NCBI GenBank assembly: GCA_030680695.1
Contig: JAUXUT010000149.1
Location: 357,000 to 420,999, forward strand
DNA: 64,000 nt
Reading direction: 5' to 3'
Source of the DNA: a bacterium
GTDB taxonomy: Bacteria > Patescibacteriota > Minisyncoccia > Phycocordibacterales > UBA6065
Positions 38,513-47,180 of the stretch are shown here, one piece after another. A program made the translations under genes and the position numbers. The first letter of the stretch is position 1; each line of letters starts with the position of its first letter. Under the pieces are notes generated by a model, which ran no database searches, was not told where the DNA came from, and was given only the letters and a program-made list of their open reading frames with translations.

Positions 38513-39121
38513 ATGGACAATACCCCGCCGGTCGGCCCGCACAACAAACGAGAGCGCAAGTCAGTCTCCTTCCTCAAAGACCTCGTAAAATACGCCCTGA
38601 CCGCCATCATCATCGTTGTACCGATTCGCCTTTGGGTGGCCCAACCTTTCGTGGTCAATGGCTCGTCTATGGATAACACCTTCAGAAACGGCCAGTACCT
38701 CATCGTAGACGAGCTGACATACCGTTTCCGCGAGCCAGAACGCGGCGAGGTCGTCATATTTCGATATCCAAAGGAACCTTCTAAATATTTCATCAAGCGT
38801 CTTGTAGGCTTACCCGGAGAGACGGTAATGGTAAGGGACGATAAAGTCACGATTAGAAATGACCAGTATCCGGACGGGGTCCTGCTATCTGAACCGTACG
38901 CCCAATCACGCACCTTTGGTAACGTGACCGTTACACTCAAGGCAGATGAATATTTCGTAATGGGCGACAACCGTGTAGTGAGCTCTGACTCGCGCGTTTG
39001 GGGACCGCTCCCGAAAGACGACATCATCGGACGTCCGATTGTGAGGCTCATGCCACTCAGTAGAATGGGAATGTTGCCAGGAGCAGTTTCGACATCGACG
39101 ATTATCCAGGAAACGAACTAA
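38513..39121 (+). CDS. lepB: Signal peptidase I
   Basis: GSSM, FIKRLVGLPGE, YFVMGDNR..SSDSR.WG. Confidence 0.95.
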   Translation: MDNTPPVGPHNKRERKSVSFLKDLVKYALTAIIIVVPIRLWVAQPFVVNGSSMDNTFRNGQYLIVDELTYRFREPERGEVVIFRYPKEPSKYFIKRLVGLPGETVMVRDDKVTIRNDQYPDGVLLSEPYAQSRTFGNVTVTLKADEYFVMGDNRVVSSDSRVWGPLPKDDIIGRPIVRLMPLSRMGMLPGAVSTSTIIQETN

Positions 39122-39125
39122 CTAT

Positions 39126-40370
39126 ATGAATATCAAGGCAATGCCGGCTAAGAAGGTTAAAAAGATCGAGCATCCTAAATACGTTTCCTATGACCATGTC
39201 GATGCAGCTGGAGAGGCCGCACTCTTCTATGGATTTACTCCACTCACCCATCCACACATCCATCCGAACGACAGTGCCGCCGCAAAATCCATATCTGAAG
39301 GTGAGATTGTTATTGACCATGACGACCATTCCGAAGGAGCGGTAGTCCGACTCGAAGAAAAAATTGCTCTCTTGCGCCTCCATGAACGCGAGAAACTCAT
39401 CGCGACCCCACAGCCTGTTATGTTGTATTACCGCAAACCTTTCATAGGCGACCGCCGCAAGCCGAACCCTAAAGAAGTCCACCACGGCCTCGAAATCCTA
39501 GGTACTAACAAATCCATCGCCGAAGCATTGCTTATCAAGGCGTCGCTTGCCATCCTTACAGACGCCGGCGAAACAGACCTTCGTGTAGAAATAAACTCAA
39601 TCGGCGACAAAGAATCGATTGCACGTTTCTCGCGCGAAATAACGGCTTACTATCGCCGATTCCTTAACGAGCTCCCAGCCAACTGCAAGCAACTCATGAA
39701 AAAGGACGTGTTCAGCCTCCTTGGCTGTGATCACGAGGCTTGCCTGCGACTTGCACAAGACTGCCCAAAGTCGATCAACTTCCTTTCGGAAGCCTCGCGT
39801 CAGCATTTCAAAGAAGTGCTCGAATACCTCGAGGAACTTGGTATCCCGTACACGATTAACAACTCGCTTGTCGCCAATCGCGACTACTGCAGCGAAACCG
39901 TATTCGAGATACGCGGATCGGATCCAAAGGGTCATCCAAAGGCCATCGGCATCAGGTATGACACCCTGGCCAAACGCCTTGGACACAAAAAAGAGCTTCC
40001 TGCCGTAGGTGTATCGCTCGCCATCAACAAAAAAGCTGCCAAAACTGCAGCGGTAAAGAAAACTGTCATCGCAAAAATCCTCGATCCTCAAATTTGCTTC
40101 ATGCAGCTCGGTTTTGAGGCAAAGCTCAAGTCGCTTGAATTGCTCGAGATACTCCGCAAGGCACGAATCCCAGTAAACCACTCGCTCGCCAAAGACAAGA
40201 TGGCTGGCCAGATTGGCATGGCTGAAAAAATGCAGGCCCCAGTCGTAGTCATCATGGGCAAGAAAGAAGCCATGGAAGGATCGGTTATCGTTCGCGAAAC
40301 ATCCACACGATCACAGGACACTATTCGATTCGACGACGTTGCCGCACAGCTCAAGAAGTTTAAAGTATAG
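39126..40370 (+). CDS. Histidyl-tRNA synthetase-like protein with degenerate catalytic motifs
   Basis: HisRS layout (INSIG, HFKEVLEYLEELGIPY, TVFE, RYD, C-terminal anticodon-binding domain), but LRPE, FRYERP..GR.R.F and VRGLDYY are all altered. Confidence 0.75.
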   Translation: MNIKAMPAKKVKKIEHPKYVSYDHVDAAGEAALFYGFTPLTHPHIHPNDSAAAKSISEGEIVIDHDDHSEGAVVRLEEKIALLRLHEREKLIATPQPVMLYYRKPFIGDRRKPNPKEVHHGLEILGTNKSIAEALLIKASLAILTDAGETDLRVEINSIGDKESIARFSREITAYYRRFLNELPANCKQLMKKDVFSLLGCDHEACLRLAQDCPKSINFLSEASRQHFKEVLEYLEELGIPYTINNSLVANRDYCSETVFEIRGSDPKGHPKAIGIRYDTLAKRLGHKKELPAVGVSLAINKKAAKTAAVKKTVIAKILDPQICFMQLGFEAKLKSLELLEILRKARIPVNHSLAKDKMAGQIGMAEKMQAPVVVIMGKKEAMEGSVIVRETSTRSQDTIRFDDVAAQLKKFKV

Positions 40371-40373
40371 AAA

Positions 40374-40478
40374 GCTCCGTATGCCCTTTCCTGGAGACCA
40401 TCGGAGGCCGACGGGCCGAGATCGAGCGCCCGGCCTCCAAGGCCGGGACGCGTGCTCCGGGAAAGGGCCATACGGGGC
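40374..40478 (+). repeat. 105-nt structured element, GA-hairpin-GAG family (copy 2); possible ncRNA
   Basis: 23-bp terminal stem with two G-U wobbles on the + strand; internal GAGGCCGACGGGCCGAG and CCCGGCCT-CCA-AGGCCGGG hairpins. Confidence 0.65.
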
Positions 40479-40520
40479 GAACCTTGAGCTTTTCCTAGCC
40501 ATATGATAAGCTATCGACCT

Positions 40521-40775
40521 ATGGCAACAAACGTAGAAGTATCGCGAAACGGCACCGAAAATCCCCTCTCCCTTTTGAGGCGCTTCACAAAGCGCGTCCA
40601 GGGATCTGGTATTCTTCCTCGCGTCCGAAAGGATCGATACCACGAGCGAACCTTGTCTCACTACAAGACCAAGATGAAGACGCTCGAGGGCATCAAACGC
40701 CGCGAGGAACGCGCCGAGCTCATCAAACTGGGCAAAATCAATCCTGAGGCAGAGCGCGCAGCTCGCCGACGATAA
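40521..40775 (+). CDS. rpsU: 30S ribosomal protein S21-like
   Basis: VEVSRNGTEN..SLLRRFTKRVQGSGIL..RYHER. Confidence 0.8.
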   Translation: MATNVEVSRNGTENPLSLLRRFTKRVQGSGILPRVRKDRYHERTLSHYKTKMKTLEGIKRREERAELIKLGKINPEAERAARRR

Positions 40776-40783
40776 TCCGACCA

Positions 40784-41161
40784 ATGTCGGTTTCCATTCT
40801 AAACAAGACCAAAGGCAAGCTCCCCCGCTTGCCTTTCGCGTCTATGAAAGATGCGGTGCTCGGTGCCGAATATGAACTTTCCCTTGTATTTGTCGGGGAT
40901 GCAGAATCTCGCCGTATCAACATAGAAACGCGCGACAAGGATTATGTCCCGAACGTCCTCTCGTTCGAACTTGATGACTGGTCTGGTGAGATATTCATAA
41001 ACCCAAAAGAGGCTGCCCGACAGGCAAAAGATTTTGGCCGAACGCCTTCAAACATGATTGTATTTCTGTATATCCACGGCCTTTGCCATTTGAAAGGATT
41101 GAAGCATGGTAGTAAGATGGAGAGAACAGAGGTTGGATTCCGTAAGGAGTTCGGCATCTAG
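40784..41161 (+). CDS. ybeY: rRNA maturation RNase YbeY
   Basis: RDKDY.PNVLSF, GEIFI, HGLCHLKGLKH. Confidence 0.92.
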   Translation: MSVSILNKTKGKLPRLPFASMKDAVLGAEYELSLVFVGDAESRRINIETRDKDYVPNVLSFELDDWSGEIFINPKEAARQAKDFGRTPSNMIVFLYIHGLCHLKGLKHGSKMERTEVGFRKEFGI

Positions 41162-41170
41162 GACCTCCCC

Positions 41171-42322
41171 ATGCGTAAGCACACCGCCGTAGGCATAGAC
41201 ATTGGCACCCAAGACATTAAGGTCGTGGTGGCTTCTTCTGACGGCACAGGCGAGCGAGCCTTGCCGAAGATAATCGGCACATCTACTGTCGAGTCTAAAG
41301 GCGTGCGCCATGGATATGTAGTGAACATTTCCGAAACCGCCAAGTCATTGCGCATCGCCATTGCCCAGGCCGAACGCGCATCCGGAGTAAAAATCCGCAA
41401 GGCCTTCGTATCAATTGGCGGCGTGAGCCTCCAGAGCGTTTCGACTCTTGGGTCGGTAATCATATCGCGCGGCGATTCTGAAGTATCAGAACTCGACCTC
41501 GACAAGGCAACTGCCGCTGCCGAACGCAATCTTTCAACATCGCAAACTTCGAACAGGCGCATCATTCACACGATACCTCTTTCATATCGCATCGACGGAA
41601 AACCAGTATTCGGACGACCGCAAGGAATGAAGGGTAACAAGCTCGAAGCAAAAGTTCTCTTTATCACTTGCCTGACGCAGCACCTCGAAGACCTCATCGA
41701 GACCTGCGACGAAGCAGGCGTCGAAGTGCTCGACGTAACCGCCGCGCCGATTGCCGCATCGCTCGTCCTTCTTTCCAAGAACCAAAAAGTCGCCGGCTGT
41801 GTGCTCGCAGATATGGGTTCTGAAACCACTTCCATTGTCGTATACGAGAACAATCTCCCGATATCGCTGGAAGTATTCCCGATCGGCTCGACCGACGTTA
41901 CAAACGACATCGCTCTTGGGCTCAAAATACCGATCGAAGACGCCGAAGGCGTGAAGCGCGGCGGCCCGGCCGCCGCGCAGTTCTCGAAGAAAAAGCTCGA
42001 CGATATTATGGGCGCGCGACTATACGATATATTCGAACTGATCGAAGAGCACCTAAAAAAGATTGATCGAAACGGACTTCTCCCTGCTGGAATTATCCTT
42101 TCGGGTGGTGGATCTGGTATTTCTGGCATTGACGGGCTCGCCAAGGAATCCCTTGGGCTCCCTTCGCGTGTTATATTGGCGCGCGATTCGGCAATATCCG
42201 TCGCCTACGGCCTCGGTATGCTCGGATTAGGCACGGAAGAAGCCAATGACGTTCATGGCGTGCGACGCGGAACGTCGATGCTCGCAAAACCACTCGCCTG
42301 GCTAAGACAACTCCTCCCATAA
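41171..42322 (+). CDS. ftsA: Cell division protein FtsA
   Basis: GIDIGT, GVRHGYVVN, ADMGSETT, VTNDIA, LSGGGS. Confidence 0.94.
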   Translation: MRKHTAVGIDIGTQDIKVVVASSDGTGERALPKIIGTSTVESKGVRHGYVVNISETAKSLRIAIAQAERASGVKIRKAFVSIGGVSLQSVSTLGSVIISRGDSEVSELDLDKATAAAERNLSTSQTSNRRIIHTIPLSYRIDGKPVFGRPQGMKGNKLEAKVLFITCLTQHLEDLIETCDEAGVEVLDVTAAPIAASLVLLSKNQKVAGCVLADMGSETTSIVVYENNLPISLEVFPIGSTDVTNDIALGLKIPIEDAEGVKRGGPAAAQFSKKKLDDIMGARLYDIFELIEEHLKKIDRNGLLPAGIILSGGGSGISGIDGLAKESLGLPSRVILARDSAISVAYGLGMLGLGTEEANDVHGVRRGTSMLAKPLAWLRQLLP

Positions 42323-42423
42323 AGGCCACCTTGTCAACCCCTTGATACATAAGGGGTTTTTGCTATAATCCGCCTACGTTACCAAACCCCGAACGAGAAC
42401 CCTCGCGCGGCTTATAAAACACA

Positions 42424-43614
42424 ATGCCAAATATCGTTCCAGAAGTAGAGACATTCGCACGAATCAAGGTTATTGGAGCCGGCGGCTCGGGCAAAAACAC
42501 CGTGAACCACATGGTTGCTGCCAAGGTTAAGGGTGTCGAGTTTATCGCCATCAACACCGACGCCCAGGACCTCCATCACTCACTCGCCAAGAAAAAGATC
42601 CATATCGGTAAGAACCTAACCAAGGGTCTGGGAACCGGCATGAACCCAGAGCTCGGCCGACGCGCAGTTGAAGAAACAAAAGAAGAACTCCAGGAAGCAA
42701 TCAAAGGTGCTGACATGGTATTCGTCGCAGGCGGTCTCGGCGGAGGAACAGGATCAGGCGCAACTCCAGTAATCGCCAAAACTGCAAAGGAACTTGGCGC
42801 ACTCACCATCGGTGTTGTCACCAAGCCATTCTTCTTCGAAGGAAACCAGCGCATGAAGATTGCAGACGTCGCTCTTGAGGCTCTTCGCAAGGAAGTTGAC
42901 GCACTCATCGTCATTCCAAACGACCGACTCATGGCAAACATCGACAGGAACACTACTGCCAAGGCCGCTTTCGCCATCTGCGACGAGGTCTTGAAACAGG
43001 CTGTTGAAGGTATCTCTGACCTCATCACCACCCCAGGAACTATCAACATAGACTTTGCCGACATCCGATCTATCCTCGAAAACACTGGATCAGCTCTCAT
43101 GGGTATCGGTACCGCATCTGGCGAGAAACGAGCCGAGGACGCCGCAAAAATGGCAATCTCGTCCCCTCTCCTAGACATCTCGATTGCTGGCGCCAAGGGT
43201 GTGCTCTTCTCTATCGCCGGCGGTGACGACCTCACCATGTTCGAAATTCAGGACGCTGCAAAGGTCATCACTGAATCGATTGACCCGAACGCCAAGGTAA
43301 TCTTCGGAACCGTACGTGATGACAAGCTGAAGAAGGGTGAAGTAAAAGTCACCGTCATCGCTGCTGGTTTTGGTGACTCCCCTACGCTCGCACCACTTTC
43401 TAAACCTAAGTCTCTCTTCTCGTCGTCCACTCCAGAAGAAAAGAAAGAAGAGTCCAAGAAAGCCATCCATAACACCGTGTCCGCCCCTGCGCCACGCACA
43501 GAGGAAAAACCTCTAGCCAAGATGGATGACAAGAAACCTTCTATCCCAACCATCGATTCTGATGACGATGACAATTGGGGCGCGGTGCCGGCGTTTCTCC
43601 GACGAAAAAAGTAA
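42424..43614 (+). CDS. ftsZ: Cell division protein FtsZ
   Basis: IAINTDAQDL, GLGGGTGSG, NIDFADI, C-terminal VPAFLRR. Confidence 0.98.
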   Translation: MPNIVPEVETFARIKVIGAGGSGKNTVNHMVAAKVKGVEFIAINTDAQDLHHSLAKKKIHIGKNLTKGLGTGMNPELGRRAVEETKEELQEAIKGADMVFVAGGLGGGTGSGATPVIAKTAKELGALTIGVVTKPFFFEGNQRMKIADVALEALRKEVDALIVIPNDRLMANIDRNTTAKAAFAICDEVLKQAVEGISDLITTPGTINIDFADIRSILENTGSALMGIGTASGEKRAEDAAKMAISSPLLDISIAGAKGVLFSIAGGDDLTMFEIQDAAKVITESIDPNAKVIFGTVRDDKLKKGEVKVTVIAAGFGDSPTLAPLSKPKSLFSSSTPEEKKEESKKAIHNTVSAPAPRTEEKPLAKMDDKKPSIPTIDSDDDDNWGAVPAFLRRKK

Positions 43615-43620
43615 GGGTTC

Positions 43621-43718
43621 AGAAAAGGAGGCCCTGTGAAGCACGGATATTTTCCTACTGGAAAATTCCTCGAGCTCGCGCCGTCGAGCTCGCTAGTCTT
43701 CACAGGGCCTCCTTTTCT
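43621..43718 (-). repeat. 98-nt MITE/REP-like element, GA-hairpin-GAG family (copy 3)
   Basis: Perfect 21-bp terminal inverted repeats (AGAAAAGGAGGCCCTGTGAAG / CTTCACAGGGCCTCCTTTTCT) enclosing two hairpins. Core on the - strand is GAGCTCGACGGCGCGAG. Confidence 0.7.
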
Positions 43719-43999
43719 TACCTTTGTTCGAGTCTCGTGATGCGGGAATGTAAAGTGAGAACATCTTCCCTGTCTGCCTTACGTATAGCAAGATCGTCTA
43801 TCTTACGTTCAAGCCTTTCAAATCCGTCGAACACCATTTCGAAACCTTCCATCATTTTTGCTTCGAGCCGCCCGAGCTTAGTATCAAGCTTCTCATCAAG
43901 CTTGGCATCGAGCTTAGTTTCGAGCTTCTCATCCAAAAGCCTCTCGAACACGCCGACCGTGAGCACGTCATCCCTGTTGATTTTATCAAGCATGATCAT
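43718..43999 (-). CDS. Small coiled-coil hypothetical protein with KLD tetrad repeats
   Basis: LDEKLETKLDAKLDEKLDTKL; five imperfect 12-nt repeats at 43874-43933. Confidence 0.7.
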   Translation of the reverse strand: MIMLDKINRDDVLTVGVFERLLDEKLETKLDAKLDEKLDTKLGRLEAKMMEGFEMVFDGFERLERKIDDLAIRKADREDVLTLHSRITRLEQR

Positions 44000-44176
44000 A
44001 GAAGTTGAAAGATTATACCGCTAATCCATCTTCGCATTCCAGCGCAGAATGTCATCACGACACAGATAAAATAAAGCTCAAGAAATTCGGAGAAAAAAGC
44101 CGCGCTTACTCTGCACTTTATTTTTCGTATGTCAATGAATCCATTGGCCGTCCATTTGGTACAATAGTCCCTACCT

Positions 44177-45094
44177 ATGTACGACTTGGCAATCATCGGC
44201 GGCGGACCAGCGGGCGTTGCGGCGGGCGTCTATGCTTCGCGCAAGCGCCTCAAAACCATATTCATCACCAAGGACTGGAACAGCCAATCCACCGTATCCG
44301 AAGGCATCGAAAACTGGATCGGCACGGTCAAGATTTCCGGCCCGGATTTCGCAAAATCATTGGAATCACATCTGCGTGCATACGCGGCAGATGTTGTAGA
44401 CATAAAGGTCGGCGAGTGGGTAACCAAAGTATCGGGCACAGACGGCGATTTCACTGTTGAATCAGACAAGGAATCGTACAAGACCAAGTCTGTGCTCGTT
44501 ACAACTGGTTCGGCACGCCGCAGACTCGACGTCCCCGGCGCCGATCAGTTTGAACACAAAGGCGTCACATACTGCGCTTCTTGTGACGGCCCAGTATTTT
44601 CCGGCCAAGAAGTCGTCGTGGTGGGCGGCGGCAATGCAGCGTTCGAAAGCGCCGCCCAACTCCTTGCTTACTGTTCCAAAGTTACGCTTCTCAACCGTTC
44701 TGGCGAGTTCCGCGCCGACCCATCAACCGTTGCCAAGGTTCTTGCTCACCCAAATATGGTCGCCATAAAAAATGCTGTCCCGACCGAAATAAAGGGTTCC
44801 AAGTTTGTAACAAGTATTTCGTACAAAGACACCGTGACCGGCACCACAACAGACATTCCCGCCGCCGGGATATTCGTCGAGATCGGATCTCTCCCTGCAA
44901 CTGGTTTTGTGCAGGGCCTCGTAGACCTTGACCCGACGGGACACATCAAAGTGGATCCCCTTACCCAAGCAACTTCCGCAAAAGGCGTCTGGGCGGCCGG
45001 CGATTCGACCGACGGTCTATATCACCAGAACAATATTGCTGCGGGTGATGCTGTAAAAGCCCTCGAAGACATATACCTCCATCTGCGCGCATAA
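44177..45094 (+). CDS. trxB: Thioredoxin reductase / AhpF-like FAD oxidoreductase
   Basis: IIGGGPAG, GVTYCASCDG, VVGGGNAA, WAAGD. Confidence 0.88.
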   Translation: MYDLAIIGGGPAGVAAGVYASRKRLKTIFITKDWNSQSTVSEGIENWIGTVKISGPDFAKSLESHLRAYAADVVDIKVGEWVTKVSGTDGDFTVESDKESYKTKSVLVTTGSARRRLDVPGADQFEHKGVTYCASCDGPVFSGQEVVVVGGGNAAFESAAQLLAYCSKVTLLNRSGEFRADPSTVAKVLAHPNMVAIKNAVPTEIKGSKFVTSISYKDTVTGTTTDIPAAGIFVEIGSLPATGFVQGLVDLDPTGHIKVDPLTQATSAKGVWAAGDSTDGLYHQNNIAAGDAVKALEDIYLHLRA

Positions 45095-45132
45095 TCTTGC
45101 GTAAGGCCTATACATGGCCATATTTTTGTCTA

Positions 45133-45162
45133 TTGACAAACACCCCTGAATGGGTGTATAAT
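45133..45162 (+). promoter_or_regulatory. sigma70 promoter of a near-leaderless ORF
   Basis: TTGACA-18-TATAAT with GGGTG; ATG lies 8 nt after the -10. Confidence 0.7.
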
Positions 45163-45170
45163 ATATAGAA

Positions 45171-45464
45171 ATGAGTGCTTCCATCCCCTTCGGGACAGAC
45201 GGAACTCTTTCTGTGAATTTTGAAAAGGGCACGGCGAATGTGAGCCTGATGAACGTCATGGCGGGCAATCCAACTGGATTTGCACGCAAGGCGGCCAACA
45301 GGCTCGGCTGCGGGTCAGAGCTCATCCCTATCCAAGGATCGCTCGCCGCGGACTACCGCTTTATCTTCGAGGCTCCGGCCTCGCAAGACACGGAATCCTT
45401 CTTGCGCTCACTGCGCGAAAAGCTTTCCGAGATCCTCGATATCACAGATCGGTTCTCGATCTGA
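45171..45464 (+). CDS. Hypothetical protein
   Basis: ORF with its own promoter and terminator (AAGGCCCC...GGGGCCTTTTT near 45479-45507). Confidence 0.65.
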   Translation: MSASIPFGTDGTLSVNFEKGTANVSLMNVMAGNPTGFARKAANRLGCGSELIPIQGSLAADYRFIFEAPASQDTESFLRSLREKLSEILDITDRFSI

Positions 45465-45539
45465 ATCCCCTCTCACTCAAGGCCCCACGCATGCGCGGGG
45501 CCTTTTTCTTTTCCTTTCTTTATCTTTTCGGGAATCTTT

Positions 45540-46397
45540 CTATTTAAACAATCCCAGAAACACAATCGGATCCACAGACACTTCGTTGATACGGACGGTC
45601 AGATGCAGGTGTGCGGCCTCTGCATATCCCGTCTGCCCTGCCATGCCGATACGATTGCCGCGGCGAATCTTCTCGCCTTGCGCAACATCGATACGCGAAA
45701 GGTGCATATAAAAAGTCTGGACGCCTAGGCCGTGGTCTATGACGACAGTCTTGCCATAATTTCTTCCTTCCTGGACGAGCCGTACGATGCCGTCATTCAT
45801 GGCGAGAACCGGCGTGGTTTCGTTCGCACGGAAATCAGTGCCTTTGTGCGTGATGTTTTGGCCGACCGTGCTTCGCGAATATCCGTAATCGTCGGTTATG
45901 ATTGAATCCTTCAACGGATACGAGAAAGGTTTGTTCCACAATGACTGTGGCGCGGTCTCAAGGCCGAGGAGGCCCTTATTCTCTTGTTCAAGGGTGTTAA
46001 CGAGCGTCGTCGCGGCCGCAGGTGTATTGCCACCAAGCTTGGCTGGTATGCCAAAAGGTGCCTCGATTTTCGGGCGCTGATTCAGACGGATGTGCGAGCG
46101 AACGATGCGGCCGTCTGCAAATGATACGAGCACGGTCGATGTGGCTGGTTTTTCTTTTATATCAGAGCCATACAACGCCCAGGTCGCACCGTCGTATTCG
46201 AAGGGTGAGAGGACCTTTGGGCCGAGCATGATGTACCTGACGGACGCATCATCGGCACGGGCGACCATGACGGCGATTGGCTGACCCTGAATGGGGTTTT
46301 CTGGGTAGAACGAAACTATAGGCGCGGCAACTGGGGCGGCAGAGGCGATAGAGGCAGTAGAAGCGAAAATAATCGATATGAGGGCGACTGGGAGCAT
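45540..46397 (-). CDS. M23 family metallopeptidase, secreted
   Basis: HKGTDF, YGKTVVIDHG, YMHL, HLHL; signal peptide from MLPVAL. Confidence 0.92.
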   Translation of the reverse strand: MLPVALISIIFASTASIASAAPVAAPIVSFYPENPIQGQPIAVMVARADDASVRYIMLGPKVLSPFEYDGATWALYGSDIKEKPATSTVLVSFADGRIVRSHIRLNQRPKIEAPFGIPAKLGGNTPAAATTLVNTLEQENKGLLGLETAPQSLWNKPFSYPLKDSIITDDYGYSRSTVGQNITHKGTDFRANETTPVLAMNDGIVRLVQEGRNYGKTVVIDHGLGVQTFYMHLSRIDVAQGEKIRRGNRIGMAGQTGYAEAAHLHLTVRINEVSVDPIVFLGLFK

Positions 46398-46474
46398 ACT
46401 CGTATTATACGCGAACAGAAAAGCCGCCCGGTGATGGGCGGTTTTTCTTTTCATCAGCAGGCATCGTATCATGC

Positions 46475-47167
46475 CTAGTTCCTCTTGTCGCTTATGACCC
46501 TACCATCGTCGAGCTTCACCACGCGCTTGGCGAGCATACTGTATTCTTCTTCGTGGGTGACCATAATAATAGTCTGTCCTTGGGCGTGAATTTCCTCGAA
46601 AAGCTCCATGACCGTGCGCGAAGATTCATTGTCGAGGTTCGCGGTCGGTTCGTCTGCGAATAGTATCTGAGGCTTATGAGCCAAGGCACGGGCAACAGAC
46701 ACGCGTTGCTGTTCGCCTCCAGAAAGCTGCCCAGGGAGGTTTGTAAACCTGTGACCAAGGCCAACGCGTTCCAATGCTGTGTGGGCTTCCGTATAGGCGA
46801 CCATTTTGGACTTGCCTTGCATCATGAGAGGCAGTGCGACGTTCTCTTCTGCGGTGAGGTCCGGCAGAAGGGCGTAATCCTGGAATACATATCCGAGCTG
46901 ATTAAGACGGAACATGGTTTTCTCGTCCGGCGTCATGGCGTGGGTGTCGGTACCGAATACTATGATCTCACCTGACGTTGGCTCATCAAGGAGCGACAAC
47001 TGATACAAAAAGGTGGATTTACCTGCGCCCGATCGTCCGATGATGGCGATGAATTCCCCTTCCTCGACAGTGAAGTCTATGCCCTTCAATACGTGCGTTT
47101 CTTTATCGCCGTTCTTGAACGATTTTGTGAGGCCGCGTACTTCTATGAGTTTATTCTTGTATTTCAT
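46475..47167 (-). CDS. ABC transporter ATP-binding protein (LolD/MacB type)
   Basis: GRSGAGKST, LSGGEQQRV, ADEPTANLD, VTHE. Confidence 0.93.
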   Translation of the reverse strand: MKYKNKLIEVRGLTKSFKNGDKETHVLKGIDFTVEEGEFIAIIGRSGAGKSTFLYQLSLLDEPTSGEIIVFGTDTHAMTPDEKTMFRLNQLGYVFQDYALLPDLTAEENVALPLMMQGKSKMVAYTEAHTALERVGLGHRFTNLPGQLSGGEQQRVSVARALAHKPQILFADEPTANLDNESSRTVMELFEEIHAQGQTIIMVTHEEEYSMLAKRVVKLDDGRVISDKRN

Positions 47168-47180
47168 GGCTTTGGTATGA

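Noticed and set aside
40374-40478. SRP RNA, 5S rRNA or a true tRNA
   Set aside because: No SRP CAGG...GGAA...AGCA domain, no 5S CCGAAC loop, and no TTCRA T-loop on either strand.
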